In this document: positions 32,873 to 36,953 of the stretch, piece after piece
Position numbering within the stretch: the first letter of the stretch is position 1
Layout: each line of letters begins with the position of its first letter
From: Methanobacterium sp.
GTDB lineage: Archaea > Methanobacteriota > Methanobacteria > Methanobacteriales > Methanobacteriaceae
NCBI GenBank assembly: GCA_003166335.1
Contig: PMWA01000037.1
Location: 8,158-45,110, forward strand
Direction of reading: 5' to 3'
Length of the DNA: 36,953 bases
Translations under genes and position numbers: made by a program
Notes under the pieces: generated by a model
The model's input: only the letters and a program-made list of their open reading frames with translations
Databases searched by the model: none
Told to the model about the DNA's origin: nothing

Positions 32873-33451
32873 TTAATTTACTGAATGAGAGTGTTTCTTA
32901 AATATACTGATAATTTCATCCGGATTTTCGAATACAAATGTATTCCGCATGTTTTCCAAATTCCTTACATGGTCTGCATCTTGTTTGGTTATGTTAATAT
33001 TTAAATTCTTTCCATTAGGAAGTTTAGTGGTGACAATTCCCTCTCTAAAATCCGTAGGCATTATATAAATGGGAGTGGATGTTTTCTGACCCATTATAGC
33101 TGCATTAGTAAGCAGAGTATCAGCAATACGTAAAGAAATTTTTGCCACTGTATTGGAAGTGGATGGAGCTATCAGTAAAAATTCAAATTCTTTAAGTTGT
33201 ATCTGTCCAGCTAAAAATGGAGCATTAGAATTAATTTCCGTCCAAGTTTTATCAAAGAATGTTTCCAAAGTATTAGAGAGATTATAGTATTTTAAAACTT
33301 GATCTCCCGCCTTAGATATATAAACCCTAATATCAAACTCTTCACGATATTTCTCCTTCATTTTACGCATTACTGCCACAGTTTCTGCTATCTTCTCACC
33401 GCTACCCGTTATTCCCCATGCAATTTTCCTTCTTTCACCTGTTTTATTCAT
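32873..33451 (-). CDS. afpA: Archaeoflavoprotein AfpA (HFCD flavoprotein family)
   Basis: IAWGITGSG, SKAG, NSNAPFLAG, APSTSNTVAKI, IADTLLTN, MPTD. Confidence 0.85.
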   Translation of the reverse strand: MNKTGERRKIAWGITGSGEKIAETVAVMRKMKEKYREEFDIRVYISKAGDQVLKYYNLSNTLETFFDKTWTEINSNAPFLAGQIQLKEFEFLLIAPSTSNTVAKISLRIADTLLTNAAIMGQKTSTPIYIMPTDFREGIVTTKLPNGKNLNINITKQDADHVRNLENMRNTFVFENPDEIISIFKKHSHSVN

Positions 33452-33589
33452 AGTTAAAACTATTTGTTGTTAATTAATAAAAATATTTTTTTAATTAAAT
33501 AACACTTTCGGAAAATTTAAAAATACGGAACTCTAAAAAATACCACACCTTAAATAATTTAAATTATTTAATTTGATATAAAGTTAGAG

Positions 33590-33808
33590 GTGTTTAAAAT
33601 AAGCCCCGAAAAAAACGTAGTCAAGGATTTAAGAAAAAATGAAGGTGCAATTGAAACTAAAGAAATTATAAAAATAGAGAAGATTGAAATTTGCTACTTC
33701 TGCCATAAAAAATTTGACATGAATAAAGATGATTTAAGTCATTACAAATATGGTAAATTTCCCATGTGCGGTTACTGTTCCGAGTTTTACGGATTTTATA
33801 CTGACTGA
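33590..33808 (+). CDS. Small Cys4 zinc-finger-like protein
   Basis: 72 aa with CYFC...CGYC pair; fills the gap between afpA and glmM. Confidence 0.7.
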   Translation: MFKISPEKNVVKDLRKNEGAIETKEIIKIEKIEICYFCHKKFDMNKDDLSHYKYGKFPMCGYCSEFYGFYTD

Positions 33809-33868
33809 CTATTTAAAAAAAATATTTTTTTTTGTTGAAAAAAAAATTAAAAATTTTTTTAATATCAT

Positions 33869-35224
33869 TTAAAGATTTAAATGTTCTAAAATTAAAGAAA
33901 CGCCCCATTCTGCCATTCTTTCCGCGTCTTCTTCATTTTTAGCTTCTGAGAAGCATCTGAATATTGGCTCAGTTCCAGAAGGTCTTATTATAACCCATCC
34001 TTCTTCTGTAAAGATTTTTACACCATCCTTAGTGTCCACTTTGTAATCACGGGTAACATCAATTATTTTATCCATAAGTTTTACTTTAAGATCATCAGGA
34101 CACTCCACTTTCCTTTTCTGGGAGTGATAAACTGGGAGCTCTCTAATAAGCCGTGAGAGTGGTTTTCCATCCCTAGACATTATCTCCACGATCTTAGCCG
34201 TCGCAAGAGCTGCATCTCTCCCGTAAACAAAATCTGGAAATATAAGGCCTCCATTTTCTTCCCCGCCGAATAATCCATTTCTATTTTTAAGTTCCCTAGC
34301 AACTACTAGATCACCAACCTTAGTTGCTAACACTTCGCCACCATAATTCGCTGCAATATCATAAATTGCCGAGGATGTGGCAACTGTTGTAACTATTAAA
34401 CCTCCACCATTTTCTATTAACATATTTTTTTCAACCAATGCAAAGGTTTTATCTCCAAATACGAAGTTTCCCATTTCATCTATACATATGGTGCGATCTG
34501 CATCTCCGTCATGGGCAATTCCTAGATCGGCTCCGATAGTTTTAACTGCTTTTATTAAATCTTTTAGGTTGTCCTTAGTTGGTTCTGGATTTCTTCCCGG
34601 AAAGAAACCATCTGGCTGACAATTTAAAGTAGTAACTTCACAACCTAATCTTCTCAAAAGATAAGGAGTTGTAAAACATGCTGCACCATTTCCACAGTCA
34701 ACTATCACCTTTAATTTAGCGTTTCTAATTGATTTTTGGTCTATACGAGATATTACATCCTCGATGTATTCTTCTATTATATTAGGATTGGATTCAAGCC
34801 CACCTATCTGATCCCAAGATATTCTATCAAGATTGTCTGAAAAAAATATGTCTTCAATCTTTTTTTCCATCTCAGCGGGAATTCCAATACCATCGGTATC
34901 CACGAATTTAATACCATTATCCTGTGGAGGATTATGAGATGCTGTAATGATCACTCCACCATCATAATAATTTCTAACCGCGAATTGAACAGCCGGTGTA
35001 GGTAAAATTCCCAGATCTATCACATTACATCCCGATGATAACAATCCAGATATTACTGCATGTTTTAGCATAGGGGTGGATGTTCTAGTATCTCCTCCAA
35101 CAGCCACATATCCTTTAACCAGATTTCCGTATGCTGTCGCGAGTTTCGAAGCAAATTCCGGTGTTAAAACATGATTTGCTTTTCTTCTTACGCCAAAAGT
35201 ACCGAATAAACTTTTCTTATTCAT
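33869..35224 (-). CDS. glmM: Phosphoglucosamine mutase / phosphohexomutase
   Basis: FGTFGVR, DTR, TASHNP, DGDADR, GEENGG, RPSGTEP; start set at ATG 35224 (GGAG RBS). Confidence 0.88.
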   Translation of the reverse strand: MNKKSLFGTFGVRRKANHVLTPEFASKLATAYGNLVKGYVAVGGDTRTSTPMLKHAVISGLLSSGCNVIDLGILPTPAVQFAVRNYYDGGVIITASHNPPQDNGIKFVDTDGIGIPAEMEKKIEDIFFSDNLDRISWDQIGGLESNPNIIEEYIEDVISRIDQKSIRNAKLKVIVDCGNGAACFTTPYLLRRLGCEVTTLNCQPDGFFPGRNPEPTKDNLKDLIKAVKTIGADLGIAHDGDADRTICIDEMGNFVFGDKTFALVEKNMLIENGGGLIVTTVATSSAIYDIAANYGGEVLATKVGDLVVARELKNRNGLFGGEENGGLIFPDFVYGRDAALATAKIVEIMSRDGKPLSRLIRELPVYHSQKRKVECPDDLKVKLMDKIIDVTRDYKVDTKDGVKIFTEEGWVIIRPSGTEPIFRCFSEAKNEEDAERMAEWGVSLILEHLNL

Positions 35225-35811
35225 GAAAAATAACTCCAATTTTAATCTAATTTTTTTTAAATTTTAATTTATTTGTTAAATATTTATAACAGAATTATAT
35301 TAAAATTTAGTTTAAAAATGTTAAATATTTTTTTACTGAATTTGGAAATCTTTTGAGAAACTATCAAGAGATCCCTTCATGTTTCTTCCTTTAAATTTTC
35401 TTTTGATTATCTAAGTTCCATCAATTCAAATACATTGTGACGATACTCACCAACCATATATATGATCATTATTACTTAGATAAGTAGTATTAATTTCTAA
35501 GTTAAAATAATGCTACTTGTGTATATATAAAGACTAATTAAGTTCAGTAACCATTTTTAATATAAAAATATTCTCTTATTCAATATTTAAATTATGGATA
35601 ATACTATATATTCCTAAATAAAATTGAAATTAATTCACTTTAAAATAAATAGCATTAAAAATATTTTAATTAACTCTTTTTTATTACTATATCAATAGTA
35701 GTTATTAAAATTAAGTATACTATTTACACAATTGTTACATTATTCACACGAGTTTATATGTTCCAGTGGTCACATAAAGCATGATAATAATAAATAAGAA
35801 TGTGATTTTTC

Positions 35812-36702
35812 ATGAACGCCCACTGGAATAATAAAAATATTTTACCCGAATTCGTATCAACTATACAAAATGAGATGATTTACGGTGGATTCTTCGCCGC
35901 TCTCTCTGGGCCTGCATTCATCATTACCGCGTCAATAATGACAAAAACTAATGTGACCATACCTCTCCTAGTTATATCTTATCTAATACCACTTATGGTC
36001 TATAGTTATGATCACTACAGTGATATGGATAAAGATAAGGATAGTAACATTGAAAGAGCCGCACATTTCAATAAAAAGTCACATATCTATCCCTATCTTC
36101 TCGTAGGTTATGCTTTAACCCTCACCGTTCTATTATTAGTTTTCTCCAACTTGGAGATGATTTCTTTCATTCTAATCTTAGTAATGGTGGGTGTGCTCTA
36201 CACTATAGGTTTAAAAAAATTTACTCAGAAAATACCTGCATTCAAAAATATTTACACTACATTAACCTGGTCCCTAGCAGGGACCTTGTCCATACCATTC
36301 TTCTATGCCCTACAAATAAATTTAGCTTATATCCTAATATTACTCTTCATCTTCCTTAAATTCCTGCCCAATACAATCTTCTTTGACTTGAAAGATATTA
36401 ACTGTGATCAGAAGGAAAGATTAAAAACATTACCCGTAATCTTAGGTAAAGAAAAAACCCTGAAATTCCTGGATAAATTGAATATCATAGCCTTCATCCC
36501 ATTATTCATAGGGATCTACCTAAAAATAATCCCATTATTCACTGTCATCATGATACTATTCTACTTCTATAGCAGATACTACCTAAACAAAGCAGGAAAA
36601 TTGGATGATAAAGAACTGCGAATGGTATCCTACACATTAGCCGACGCTGAATTCATGATATGGCCCCTAATACTAATAATAGGAAAAACCATCGGCTTCT
36701 AA
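35812..36702 (+). CDS. UbiA-family prenyltransferase-like membrane protein
   Basis: Multiple TMs; Asp-rich motifs YSYDHYSDMDKD and FFDLKDINCD followed by KTLPVILG. Confidence 0.8.
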   Translation: MNAHWNNKNILPEFVSTIQNEMIYGGFFAALSGPAFIITASIMTKTNVTIPLLVISYLIPLMVYSYDHYSDMDKDKDSNIERAAHFNKKSHIYPYLLVGYALTLTVLLLVFSNLEMISFILILVMVGVLYTIGLKKFTQKIPAFKNIYTTLTWSLAGTLSIPFFYALQINLAYILILLFIFLKFLPNTIFFDLKDINCDQKERLKTLPVILGKEKTLKFLDKLNIIAFIPLFIGIYLKIIPLFTVIMILFYFYSRYYLNKAGKLDDKELRMVSYTLADAEFMIWPLILIIGKTIGF

Positions 36703-36953
36703 AATTCCATATAAATTAACTATTAAACTTTTTCTAATTCAATTTTGAATAACATTCACTAAGGATCAAATCGAAGTTTAAACTCTAAATACTTAAAATA
36801 AAATTATTCATTCAAAATTTGGTTGAAAAAATTCTTTTTTTATAAATTCTTTATTCATTTCTTCATTGAAATAAATATATGTTTATACCGCAAATGTTCC
36901 GATTGAGAGTTCCATTCTTTAAAAAAGGTTATTTTGTTGATTAAATAACCATC

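Noticed and set aside
5820..34619. Remaining short antisense/alternate-frame ORFs inside mreB, rnhB, purO, atwA, hemA, AAA, gatDE, vorAB, ligase, kinase and glmM
   Set aside because: Overlap strongly supported genes and show the composition typical of reverse-complement reading.
35335..35470. Tiny minus-strand ORFs (MIIYMVGEYRHNVFELMELR; MKGSLDSFSKDFQIQ) upstream of glmM
   Set aside because: Only 15-20 codons and no recognisable homology; cannot be distinguished from chance.
35473..35486. Palindrome TACTTA-GA-TAAGTA
   Set aside because: A 6-bp AT-rich arm in highly AT-rich DNA is plausible by chance; no second copy noticed.
1..36953. CRISPR arrays, tRNA/rRNA genes, IS elements, integrases
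   Set aside because: No regularly spaced repeats, no GC-rich structured intergenic segments and no transposase or integrase motifs seen.

Overview
AT-rich archaeal chromosomal window, most consistent with a pseudomurein-walled methanogen of the Methanobacteriales (Methanobacterium-like). Support: atwA, methanogenesis marker 9, cofD/cofE, GTP cyclohydrolase III, purO, gatDE, vorABC, afpA, mreB. Most of the window is housekeeping: F420/purine/tetrapyrrole biosynthesis, DNA repair, tRNA amidotransferase, and a branched-chain acyl-CoA/ketoisovalerate oxidoreductase module. The most interesting part is the left 6.6 kb. A minus-strand run psd - pssA - DUF515-like membrane protein (CpaB/RcpC-like domain) - secreted protein with an LPXTG-like sorting signal (VPSQNTG + TM + basic tail) - sortase sits divergently from a hypothetical gene plus mreB. 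The sortase (His/Cys/Arg triad) is absent from the supplied ORF track because it runs off the window edge. This looks like a cell-envelope anchoring module linking a bacterial-type sortase to amino-phospholipid synthesis and an actin homologue. Two genes appear to start at non-canonical codons (ATT, CTG). No rRNA, tRNA, CRISPR array or mobile element was seen. All calls come from motif reading and recall of protein families; no searches were run.
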